Shown: positions 9,511 through 19,304 of the stretch, in pieces
How the letters are laid out: every line of letters starts with the position of its first letter
How positions within the stretch are numbered: position 1 is the first letter of the stretch
Origin: Flectonema sp. DT1601
Taxonomy: Eukaryota
Length of the DNA: 64,000 nucleotides
Reading direction: 5' to 3'
Assembly: GCA_964019425.1 (NCBI GenBank)
Contig: OZ025791.1
Span: 682,001-746,000, forward strand
Position numbers and translations under genes: made by a program
Notes under the pieces: generated by a model
The model's database searches: none
What the model saw: only the letters and a program-made list of their open reading frames with translations
What the model was told of the DNA's origin: nothing

Positions 9511-12255
9511 TCAAACACATACCGCAGTAGAACGTTCTTCGTAGACTCTGAGAACGATATCGTAGAGAACACTTTGATTGTTTAGAATCTGTTTTAATGA
9601 TCCAGAACGTTCTAACTTCGCATTAAATTCACGTGTTGCACGAGGATCTCTGGCCATATCACACGCAATTACTAGTTCTTTAATTCCAACGTGTGCCATG
9701 TCGAGGAGTCGTTTAGTAAGTGTATTCGTTAAATCATAAGGATAGTCCCATACAACACCTGAGAAGTCACATTCAACACCTTGGCGATTGCATAGGGAGG
9801 CGAGAGCGTTTTTAGTCTTCTTAAGACCGTTTGTAAAGAGAGTTGCAGTATCTTCACTCTTCGACTTTCTAGCAGCCATGTTTTGAATGGTGAGAAGATC
9901 ATCTCCGCAGTTGACACCGTGAGCTTTGAGGAGGACACAAACCTTCATTGCGGCTTCAGCATGCTTCTCTGCGTCAATTGCAATTGTTTCTCTGCCAACG
10001 TTACGGAGGTCTATTTGAAGGTCAAGTTGGACCTTGTCGAGTGATTTTATTTGGTTCTCAAGATTTAAGATTTCGTCTTCCAGTTCACTTATTTCATTAG
10101 TACACTCCGCTTCGAGTCTTGTGATCTCCGAGTCAGTTAGATGACTACTCTCAGCAAGCTTACGTTCTAAATCATTGATTAACGCATCAATTTCATCTTG
10201 CTTCTCTTTTAACGATCTCTGACTCTCTTGAAGAAGCCATGCTCTTGCCTTTGACATGTACACTCTGCGAAGACCATCTTCTGTTGATGACATTAATGCG
10301 ATGGACGCCAATTTCTTCTTTTCTTGAACTTTACGTTTTGCCAACCAACGCAAACATTTGCTTAAATATGTTCTTTGCACTCCAGTATCGATGTTTGATA
10401 ATAATATCCTGACTAGACTCCTCTTCCTCGCTGAGGCTTTCTCAGAGTGGTAGTACTTTATGAGTTTGTAGTAGTAAGTTGTCATTAATCCCTTAGTAGA
10501 ACAGTTTCGTAAGCATTGGGTGATGTTTTCTCTCTTCTTTTGTTGTCTAACACGGAAGACCCATCGCAACCATTTATGGAAATAAAGATTTCTCATAAAA
10601 CCAGCACTTGAGTGCAATAAAATTTGAACGACGTCTCCCTTGTGCCGTTTTTGAGAATCTTTACGAACCCATTCATTAATCTTAGACCAGTATACTAATT
10701 GCATACCTCTTTGAGTACTACAAAGAAGTGACTTAGAACATTGCATCTTTGCACGGTAATCTTTCTTCCATTCCGTGTAACCGCTTAGCTTTCTCATGTA
10801 GAGGGAGCATAAGGCGTGGTTGTTAGTAGCGGCTATGATATGAGCGAGTTTTACTCGTTTTGTCATATCTCTGAGTTCAGTTAACCAGATCATTAATTTT
10901 TGATAGAATCGAAGTTTGACACCGCAGCCAAGTTGACGAGCCATTGCTGTGACAAGTTGCTCCTTTCTGCGACCTGCAATCTTTTGGATTTGCATAAGTT
11001 GACGTTTTCTCTTATCGAGATCACGACAATCTTGAATAGTTGTCGCACGAAGTTCCTCAATCTCATAAGTCATGGCTGCTTCATTCGGACTAAATGATGC
11101 GGCGTAAGTGTCTCTGTCGTCAGATTCTGAATATATAACTTTGCAACGACCTTCTTTAGTAACAAACCATCCTTTAATAGCATTCAATCTACAAAGAAGT
11201 GTTAAGTTCGTTACCATCGCTCCGTTGTGAGGATCTTCAATTTGACATATTTGAATATGATCGTAGGCGGAGAAGATTCTAATAACACCGTCAGCACCAC
11301 CAGACCAGATTCGACCACCAGCTGGATCTTTTAGTAGAGATAGGATTGCTGTTACGTTACCTTGTTGAGGGCGGTACATCACTCTTACGAAGGTTCCGTC
11401 TTGTGAGTCCCAGACTTTGATGTATCCGTCTTCACTAGCAGAGAATAAGTATCTTTCGTAAACAACAATAGCTCTTATTCCTTGTCTGTGTCCATGTTTT
11501 GTTATTGGATGTCCTTCAATTGGGAATCCTCCAGGAACTGATCTAGAATGACCAGTCTCAAGTTCTAAACATTTAATAGAACAATCATCACCACCAGAAT
11601 ATAATAATCTATCTGGTCCTTGATCATAAGTCAAACATCTAACAGCGTTCTGGTGTCCCCAAAACTGGTCGATGGCTCTGAATGTTCCTCCAGCTGCTGG
11701 AGGTCCATCCCATCTCCATATAAATATTTGCCAATCACGACCACCAGTTACTATTATTTCTCTAACTGATAACATACATGTGATAGACGCTGTGTGCTTT
11801 TTTGTTTCGCACACGAGCTCGTAATCTTCACCAACTCCATCTGCAAGTTTAACGCGATCATAAACACGAATGTATCCATCACTCATACCTGCGTACATAA
11901 ACCTACCAAGACTGTCCCAACTGTGGCACATGAGGCAGGTGACAAAAACTTTTTTTTTCTTCTCAATGGTGAATAAACCTCTTCCCAAACCATCTCTTAC
12001 ACACAGAGCACCATCCTGTTCTCCGGTCCATATTTGCATGTTTTCAACGGATGAGCCAGATGCTCGATGGAGCTCTAAACATCTGATGCCTCCAACGAAC
12101 TCACCAGACATTGTGATGCCAGAGTCTTCTGGATCTTGTAATCCAGTTGGTCGAAGAGGATGTCTTGGTGACCACTGAATACCAAGAGGTACTCCCAAAG
12201 CAGGCTGGTGCTTCCCCACCAGCATTTTGTGAGTGACATCCGATAGGTACGCCAT
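9511..12255 (-). CDS. WD40-repeat protein with 36-aa helical repeats and C-terminal coiled coil (914 aa)
   Basis: WD40 repeats (GHQNAVRCL..LYSGGDDCSIK; GHRQGIRAI..LFSASEDGYIKVWD), seven ~36-aa 'L..Y..K(L/W)..W' repeats, then an acidic heptad region. Confidence 0.9.
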   Translation of the reverse strand: MAYLSDVTHKMLVGKHQPALGVPLGIQWSPRHPLRPTGLQDPEDSGITMSGEFVGGIRCLELHRASGSSVENMQIWTGEQDGALCVRDGLGRGLFTIEKKKKVFVTCLMCHSWDSLGRFMYAGMSDGYIRVYDRVKLADGVGEDYELVCETKKHTASITCMLSVREIIVTGGRDWQIFIWRWDGPPAAGGTFRAIDQFWGHQNAVRCLTYDQGPDRLLYSGGDDCSIKCLELETGHSRSVPGGFPIEGHPITKHGHRQGIRAIVVYERYLFSASEDGYIKVWDSQDGTFVRVMYRPQQGNVTAILSLLKDPAGGRIWSGGADGVIRIFSAYDHIQICQIEDPHNGAMVTNLTLLCRLNAIKGWFVTKEGRCKVIYSESDDRDTYAASFSPNEAAMTYEIEELRATTIQDCRDLDKRKRQLMQIQKIAGRRKEQLVTAMARQLGCGVKLRFYQKLMIWLTELRDMTKRVKLAHIIAATNNHALCSLYMRKLSGYTEWKKDYRAKMQCSKSLLCSTQRGMQLVYWSKINEWVRKDSQKRHKGDVVQILLHSSAGFMRNLYFHKWLRWVFRVRQQKKRENITQCLRNCSTKGLMTTYYYKLIKYYHSEKASARKRSLVRILLSNIDTGVQRTYLSKCLRWLAKRKVQEKKKLASIALMSSTEDGLRRVYMSKARAWLLQESQRSLKEKQDEIDALINDLERKLAESSHLTDSEITRLEAECTNEISELEDEILNLENQIKSLDKVQLDLQIDLRNVGRETIAIDAEKHAEAAMKVCVLLKAHGVNCGDDLLTIQNMAARKSKSEDTATLFTNGLKKTKNALASLCNRQGVECDFSGVVWDYPYDLTNTLTKRLLDMAHVGIKELVIACDMARDPRATREFNAKLERSGSLKQILNNQSVLYDIVLRVYEERSTAVCV

Positions 12256-12594
12256 TGGGTCACTCTGGTTAGGATTAAATTAGATTATTTAAAAAAAGAG
12301 AAAATAACAACAACACGGAGTACAAAAGTTCGTAATAACTAAACAACTGGTGTCGAGGACATAATTTTTCTGTTGAAAAAATAGTTTTAGACACGACTAT
12401 CAAAAAAAATACACGCATTTTTTTTTTTTTTTTTGGTAATTTTTTTTTAAATTGCCGTAAAGCAATTTTTAAAAGTGTTGGTACAAAAAAGAATAAACGA
12501 AATAAATTTTTAAAAATAAAAAAAAAACGAGACAATGTGTAAATATGTGTAGTAAGCAACAGATGAGTGTCGTGTAAATTTTTTTTTTTTTCCC

Positions 12595-14709
12595 TTAATT
12601 CTGAAACCAATGGATCCATTCAGAGTTAAATATCGTAATTAAGGCGGCGACAATGTCGTTGGCATCAGTTGGCCAAATAAACTCTCTCGTAATCTTCTCA
12701 GAAGCATCATCGAGAGAAGCAAAGCACCAGTTGATACCTGTCGTACTTATCCCGTAAGAAGTTAATGCCGACGACGAAGAATGAATCCTCCTTGACTGTT
12801 GATTAACAATCGATAACTGCGCCCAAAGGACATCTAAACTAGAAGAAAAATCTGAACCTTTATAATGAAAAATCGGAAGAACCGGAGTACCATCTTTCAA
12901 TTTTAACACGAAATCCAACCTCCCATAAGCCGTACACAGTGGTGATGTTACTTCAGTCTTAACCCATAAATAATCTGGTAAGTTAGGATTCACTACTGAT
13001 AAGATAACCTCCAAAATCGGTTCAAGCATCATGTATGACGACAATCGACCTCTGCCTTCAGACTTTAAATGTATTTTTTCCACAGCATCGATAACGATAT
13101 GGCTTCTTTTATCTGCTGTCAAAGATTCAAGTAAATCCTTATTCGGTGTTGTCGGAGGCATAAATCCAAGTCGATCACGTATAATGCCAGAATGCAAACT
13201 CGCAAAGTGTGAAAATGGAAGTGGAAAGGTACACAACGGCCACACCCTTCCAGTGATATTCACTTGAACTATTTCTTTATTATTATAATGCAGCGGTATA
13301 GGTTGCTGATGTTGGATGCTATTAGACCTGCTGTATGAAATGATATTTTCTTCATCAGAACTATCGGCGTTTTCATTGAGAAGAGGAACACTTGAGATTT
13401 GAGCTGGTGATGGTACAGCTGGTAGGTCAGGTATTTTTTTAATAGCCGTAAACCTCGACCAAGTATTAAAATATCTCTTTATGACTTTATCGAGTATACC
13501 ACGCGATGCAAACATTGCAAGTTGTAAGTCTTTTTTTGTGTGTTCGAAATCTTTGTTTTTTGGTTTTTCCTCAACTTTTTCTTCCTTCTCATCCTCCTCT
13601 TTTGATTTTAATTTTCTGCAACTCCACCACCTATTATAATACAGCAGCAGTAGTTCGTGTTGTAATGTTGTTTCAGAGCTCTTTGCTTTTTTGTATGTCG
13701 CGATTAGATTTTGAACTTTTTGTTTCGTTCCAGCACCAGACAGAATATTGCAACTAGCGATTAGAATGCTACTGCGGAGGACATTAAGTACCTCAGTAGT
13801 ATCACTGTACTTCACTTGAATGTTGAAAACAGGACCGAGAGGTGTTTTACCCGAAGGTTTGGTAAATGGATTTGGGGATACTAAATATGTTTTAATTAAC
13901 TTAGCCACTTCTAACATTTGAGATGAGTCAACCGACGAATATAAAACAGCCCTCACAGTCGCATGTATCGGAGGCGTTCGAGTCGCTGATATCGTCGGTC
14001 CCCAACTCTGAAGAGGATTCTGAGACGCTGTATGAGTTTCTAATTTAAAAGAACCAGACTCTAACATCCAATAACATTGATTTTCTTTAAATATAGAACG
14101 GATTGTTTGCTCAGGTTGGACATTAGTTTTATAAATAATTTCCTGACCAGAAGAGTTGTCCTCATCTACAACTAAGAAATACTCTCCACTGGGAGAGTAA
14201 TCAGCTGTTAAAGATTCAATAAATATATTTTTTGGAATAGCGTCGCAATCGAGAGGTCGATCTGCTGCGGTTACAACAAGTAGTGGTTCAGAACCAGTAA
14301 AGAACGTGTCAGATGCAGAAGATTTGTTGTCGTCTAGTTTGTCGCTTTTCTTCGATTGAGATACTGGTGAGGCTTTCATAGAACCTGATCCCCGAGAGAC
14401 ATCCAAACATCTTTCTTTTCTGGCTGGTTCGAATGTTAGAACGACGGTGTCCATTTGTGTAAATTTATCCAAGTCTTTTACTTCCTTTAATTCTTTAATC
14501 GTCCATCCAATGTAGTCCGTGAGACCGAATCCGGCAGCAACACCATCATCTTCGACACTCTCTAGTGTAACCTTTCCAATATCATTCTTTATTACGGCAA
14601 TTCCTAATGGTACTCCCGGTCCTTTTTCAATTGTTAAACATACACGAGCTCGCTGTGCAGTTCCAACAGTTGATGATGGTGGTTGTGGAGCAGAACAGCA
14701 GTTGCCCAT
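12595..14709 (-). CDS. Putative N-myristoylated/palmitoylated protein with PDZ-like N-terminus and C-terminal PD-(D/E)XK restriction-endonuclease-like fold
   Basis: Likely start MGNCCS (14709) within the 745-aa ORF; 'LTIEKGPGVPLGIAV...VTLESVEDDGVAA' is PDZ-like; C-terminal 'YGRLDFVL...LPIFHYK...LWAQL...YGISTTGINWCF'. Confidence 0.75.
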   Translation of the reverse strand: MGNCCSAPQPPSSTVGTAQRARVCLTIEKGPGVPLGIAVIKNDIGKVTLESVEDDGVAAGFGLTDYIGWTIKELKEVKDLDKFTQMDTVVLTFEPARKERCLDVSRGSGSMKASPVSQSKKSDKLDDNKSSASDTFFTGSEPLLVVTAADRPLDCDAIPKNIFIESLTADYSPSGEYFLVVDEDNSSGQEIIYKTNVQPEQTIRSIFKENQCYWMLESGSFKLETHTASQNPLQSWGPTISATRTPPIHATVRAVLYSSVDSSQMLEVAKLIKTYLVSPNPFTKPSGKTPLGPVFNIQVKYSDTTEVLNVLRSSILIASCNILSGAGTKQKVQNLIATYKKAKSSETTLQHELLLLYYNRWWSCRKLKSKEEDEKEEKVEEKPKNKDFEHTKKDLQLAMFASRGILDKVIKRYFNTWSRFTAIKKIPDLPAVPSPAQISSVPLLNENADSSDEENIISYSRSNSIQHQQPIPLHYNNKEIVQVNITGRVWPLCTFPLPFSHFASLHSGIIRDRLGFMPPTTPNKDLLESLTADKRSHIVIDAVEKIHLKSEGRGRLSSYMMLEPILEVILSVVNPNLPDYLWVKTEVTSPLCTAYGRLDFVLKLKDGTPVLPIFHYKGSDFSSSLDVLWAQLSIVNQQSRRIHSSSSALTSYGISTTGINWCFASLDDASEKITREFIWPTDANDIVAALITIFNSEWIHWFQN

Positions 14710-15103
14710 GTTATAGTATTCGGTAACGATGAAAGCTATCAAAGTTTCTTTTTTCTGTCTACTGAAAGAAATAAGATAACAACAGATAGTAACAATAAAA
14801 ACAAACGAACGAACACAGATCACCACACACATTCTTACTGGCTGTTTAATAATAAGAATAAGTAAAAACGATTGGGATACACTACTAAGTGCGTGTGCAG
14901 ACTTTCATCTGCATATAAACACTAATGAAAGCATTTGACGCAACGGATGGTTACTTCTTCTTTTTTTTTTTTTTTTTTGTCTTCTTGTTGTTTTTTTTTT
15001 TTTTTTTTTTTTCATTTAAACAAATGTCGCTAACACTGTAATAAGTCTATATTTTTGAATTATTCTTATTTCACTTACGAATAACACGACACGAACTCTT
15101 CCT

Positions 15104-15141
<38 letters not shown>

Positions 15142-15204
15142 ATCTTAAAAATCCTGAGTAACATATGGAGAAATAATATACAAGTTAAGAGAAATGTTAT
15201 TTTT

Positions 15205-15660
15205 TTAAATGCATTGTAAGTTGGTTTCGACCATCTCTAGGTCGTCTAATAAATCACCCTCAGCATGAGGTAACGACATGGATATAATGTCAGAAACCCA
15301 TTGTAATGTTGTAATTAATGTATCACTACATGAAGATGAGTGGACGTCACTGATGTCAATGTCTAAACCAATTAAAACTATCCATGAGATATGATTAACT
15401 GAAGTGTAGTCAGATGATGATTCTATACTGACGGCAGCATCTCTCATTAGCATTACTTTACTTTCAATTGTTAACATCTCAATTACTTGTTCTTTTATTT
15501 TAAATGTTCGATCCCGAAACCATTCCATCTCCATATCGTAAACTTCATCTCTGTGAGCGAGATCATTTATTTCGTATACACACTTGTTGTATTCTTCCAT
15601 TGCAATGTAGTTTTCCCACTTTGATCGTTCAGGTGCCTGTTGAGGCGCCTGCTCACACAT
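15205..15660 (-). CDS. Hypothetical protein (~151 aa)
   Basis: Protein-like ORF from MCEQAPQQ, preceded by an A-rich tract ending in AG; no recognisable domain. Confidence 0.55.
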   Translation of the reverse strand: MCEQAPQQAPERSKWENYIAMEEYNKCVYEINDLAHRDEVYDMEMEWFRDRTFKIKEQVIEMLTIESKVMLMRDAAVSIESSSDYTSVNHISWIVLIGLDIDISDVHSSSCSDTLITTLQWVSDIISMSLPHAEGDLLDDLEMVETNLQCI

Positions 15661-15761
15661 AAATGATATGCTGTCTTCCGGTAGTATTGAGTCCTGCTTT
15701 TTTTTGTTTTTTTTTGATGTACGATGAAGAAGGACTTTAGAAAAAGAAGGGGGGAAAAAAC

Positions 15762-17797
15762 TCAAACCTCACGTAGTAGTTTCTCTTCCTGATAGCTTCG
15801 TTCTATTTCTTTTATGAGTTCTTTTTGAGTTGTGTGGAGAGCTGTAAAATCACTTTCGAGATTCTGTTTTGTTTATTTGGTTTTAATAAAAAATTGATAA
15901 AAACAAAAGACTCAACAATAAAAATATAATTCCATACCAACCACCCCATCGACAGTCCCATGTCCCTGAGTGAGTTATTGATTGGTAAACAAGCCTCACC
16001 AATCATTTGTTTTGTAGAATTGGTGTACCCATCAACAGTAGTTATAATTCCTCGCGTAAGGTCATCAGCTTGGGTGACATATTCTGTTAGGATCCTCATT
16101 TGAAACTCATCCGCTAAGTGAATAACTTTTTTTTCCAATTCCTGAATAGTCGCATATTCCGATTTTATCAGCGTGCGTACCGTTGATTGGTTAAGATGAC
16201 GAAGTCCACGTACTTCAGGTGCTAAAACTTTAGAAAACACGTTTTGATTAAATTCTTCCAAAGACTGCAGCCCTTGCTCTGCAGTAATTTCTTTAACAAC
16301 TTTCATTAAAGTATCAGTTTGTTTATTAACAAGAGATTCCTTAGCCTGTTCGATATTATCACGTACCGTAGAGACAATGTCTGCAGTGGCACCGACGTTT
16401 AGTTTTTTAGTGCAACGAAGAGACTCCTCCAACATGGAGGAGTATTTTTTTGGGATGTCGAGACCAGCTTTAGTCATCTCGTTATCTTTAACAGTAACGT
16501 TAGAGAGTCTGTCTGATACGACTGATAGAAGTCGACAGTTTGCATCCATCGTTAAGACTGATGCTTTTAGTGATCCCAACTCACGTAGAATTCGAGACTG
16601 AGCATTATCACTTTCAAAGTCAGGTGATGGAATGACTGTTGGGATGTACATTGGATTAAATGGTTTTGGAACTAGTTTAGCTGCTGCTGATTGTGTCCAT
16701 TCCCATTCAGTTCTACAAAGTGAATCAGCAAACAGTGCAACGATATGAGTCGGCTTCTCACCATTTGAGATGTTTGTTGGAGAACTACTGCTGCTGCTGT
16801 TAGAAGTAACGTACACTTCAAGTAAGTCATCAGCATCAACCCTCCAAAACTTTACGACACCAGGTGATATTAATTCAATTGATATCTGACTTACTTCATG
16901 ACCAGGCCAGTAGACTATCGCACGGTTTCCACCATCACCTGATATAATACCGTCAGTTGCGTGACATGTGTTGAAGGGAAGCTCATATTCACTCGATAGT
17001 GAAAGTGTTAATTCTTTACCTGGAGTGTACAACCAGAACCTGAGAGACACTATCCTACCACCAGACATTGTAACCAAGTGATCTCCCATCCACTGAATTG
17101 CGCAAATGACATCACCGTCATGAAGATCTGGTGTCGTTAGAACAGTCTCCCAACCATTTTGGGTTTTAGTTGCGATCTTCACATGCGACTGGTCTGATGA
17201 TAGCAAAGCCACTGTAGTGACGTCACTAATATCACATTGTTTAGCTGTAAAGGTCACTGCCTCTATTCCTGTACTTATAACTGATGAGGTTGGTTTTATA
17301 CCAATTTCATAAATGATGTTTGATGATGAGAGGGACAGCAGGTATAGCTGAGACGCACCAATCCATTGTGTTAGTTTAAAGAAATCATTTTTATCACCAG
17401 GGTGTTTTATTGTGTTTGTTGTCTTTGAAGCAGGACTTGATATTATAGTCATAGTACCAGAAGAATCACACACTGCGGTATAATTATCAAAACTAACCAT
17501 ATCCGTAATGGTTGTACTTTGATCAGTGTGGTTTGGTCCTCCGAGTTTTAAACTGACTTTTTCAGAATTGGATTGCTTATCAATTTTAATTGATCGACAT
17601 GACTTACCTCCCCCAGAGCTATACAGCAAGACGCTGTTTGTAACTGAAACTTGTCTCTTCTGTCCACCAGTTCTCTCAAATGTACTTGAGACGTACTTAT
17701 TATCATCACTTTTGTTTAGATAAGACTTAGCTTCTGGGATCTTAATTTCAACGTTGACCCTCGCAACGCCTGACGTCCACTCATAGCTGGTTGGCAT
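15762..17797 (-). CDS. Beta-propeller-like + coiled-coil protein (2 exons: 17797-15938, 15863-15762); architecture reminiscent of EDC4/Ge-1
   Basis: Long ORF from MPTSYEW; phase-0 intron GTATGG...AAAACAG (15937-15864) restores the C-terminus NLESDFTALH...REV*; beta-rich N-half, helical C-half. EDC4 similarity is architectural only. Confidence 0.7.
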
Positions 17798-18352
17798 CTC
17801 AATATTTGATACCTGAGTGAAAAGAAATTTATTTTGCAAAAAAAAAAAAGTAATGACCTCCAAGTTTTGGGTTAACATTAGAAAGCGGGTGGGTTTACAA
17901 ATTTAAAGCGATGCTGACATTCAGGGATTGGAATAAAACTAAAACATAAAAAAAGAAAAAAATAAAGGGGGAAAAGAACTATAAAAGAAAAACAGGGCAA
18001 ATAAACTTGCCTGGCTTCGATTGCCTGCAGTTGTTATCCGTTTGAGAAAACGGGAATTTTTTGTTACTATTTTCGTCCATTCGTTCGTTATATCACTTAC
18101 GGATTGGGATAACTGGTGGAAGGGGAGTCGAGTAACCCCCCACAAAAACAGATCAACAATCCGTTTTAAAAACGAGGAGGGCTAAACACTAAGCAAGAGT
18201 TTGAACCTGCGTAGCCTACATCCGATGTAGGCTTCATTTTGTCGTCTTCTGCTCACTCGAAATTCTGACTGAGACTCAAATGCGGGACAGGCTGACTGTC
18301 ATTAAATTAAATAGGAAACACCTTTCTCACTATTTTAATTCATTAATCTCAT

Positions 18353-19050
18353 CTAGTCCATACCGACAGCAGGAGTACCTTGTTTGTCTCCTTTACTCGC
18401 TGGAGTTGAGAAACGTTGAATTGCAGAGAATCCTTCTTTGATTGAATGCTCAGCTAACTCACCAGGCATTAATAACTTACAAGCTGCCATAACGTGTTTT
18501 GAGGCGCAGGTACGACGCTGACTGAACTGCATCAACAGACTAGACTGTTGTAATATTCTTTGAAAGATATCACTCACACAGTAATTCATAATATGCATTG
18601 CTTTCAAAGACATAGTGTGGCCACTCTGTGGAAGGCCGTCTTTGCCGACTGGTTTTTGAAGTCCTTTTTGGACACGTTGAATAAAAACACTCCAAGTTCT
18701 GACTTGTTTTCTTTTTCTACCCGTCTTGAGAGATTCTTCAGCTCTCGCAGTCTCTTGTCCTTTGTAAGAAGTTCTCCTCTGCCCACCAGTTTTACCCTTA
18801 CCTCCTACTTTGCTCTTTCCGTTTCCTCTTCCACTCTTTCCCATACCGAGACTCTTGGCCTGTGTGATGTTTTTTTTTTGTTTTTTCAAAAAAATCGAAT
18901 TTTTATTGGGAAAAAAAAAAGAAAAAAGATTTTAAAGTTCAAAAAATAAAATACCTTTCCCGATCCTTTACTTTTCGCCAATCCTGGACCTGGCTGTGGA
19001 AGCTTTGCAGCCTCCGATGCTGCTACAATTTTTCCGGCTCCGTCTTCCAT
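18353..19050 (-). CDS. Divergent histone H2B variant with long N-terminal tail (200 aa; exons 19050-18955, 18859-18353)
   Basis: H2B fold motifs 'TWSVFIQRVQK', 'MSLKAMHIMNYCVSDIFQRI', 'RRTCASKHVMAACKLLMPGELAEHSIKEG'; upstream exon MEDGAGK...KGSGK joins in frame via a GTATTT...ACACAG intron. Confidence 0.85.
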
Positions 19051-19304
19051 TTTATTTTTTAAAACGACTGAAAATACTAACAGAGAATGATTATTTTAAA
19101 AAAAAAGGTCGAATGGTGTGACTCCAATTCAAAAACCAATCTACAAGTTGGAGGGCGGGGGATACAAAAAACATAAATAAAAACAACCAAAAAAAACACG
19201 AAATATATCTGGTAATCAGGGTTGCCGTTATCTATAATCTAATTTTATAATAATGTTTCAAAAGAACGAAATTTTTCAAAAATAGTGTTTCGTAATTTTT
19301 TGTT

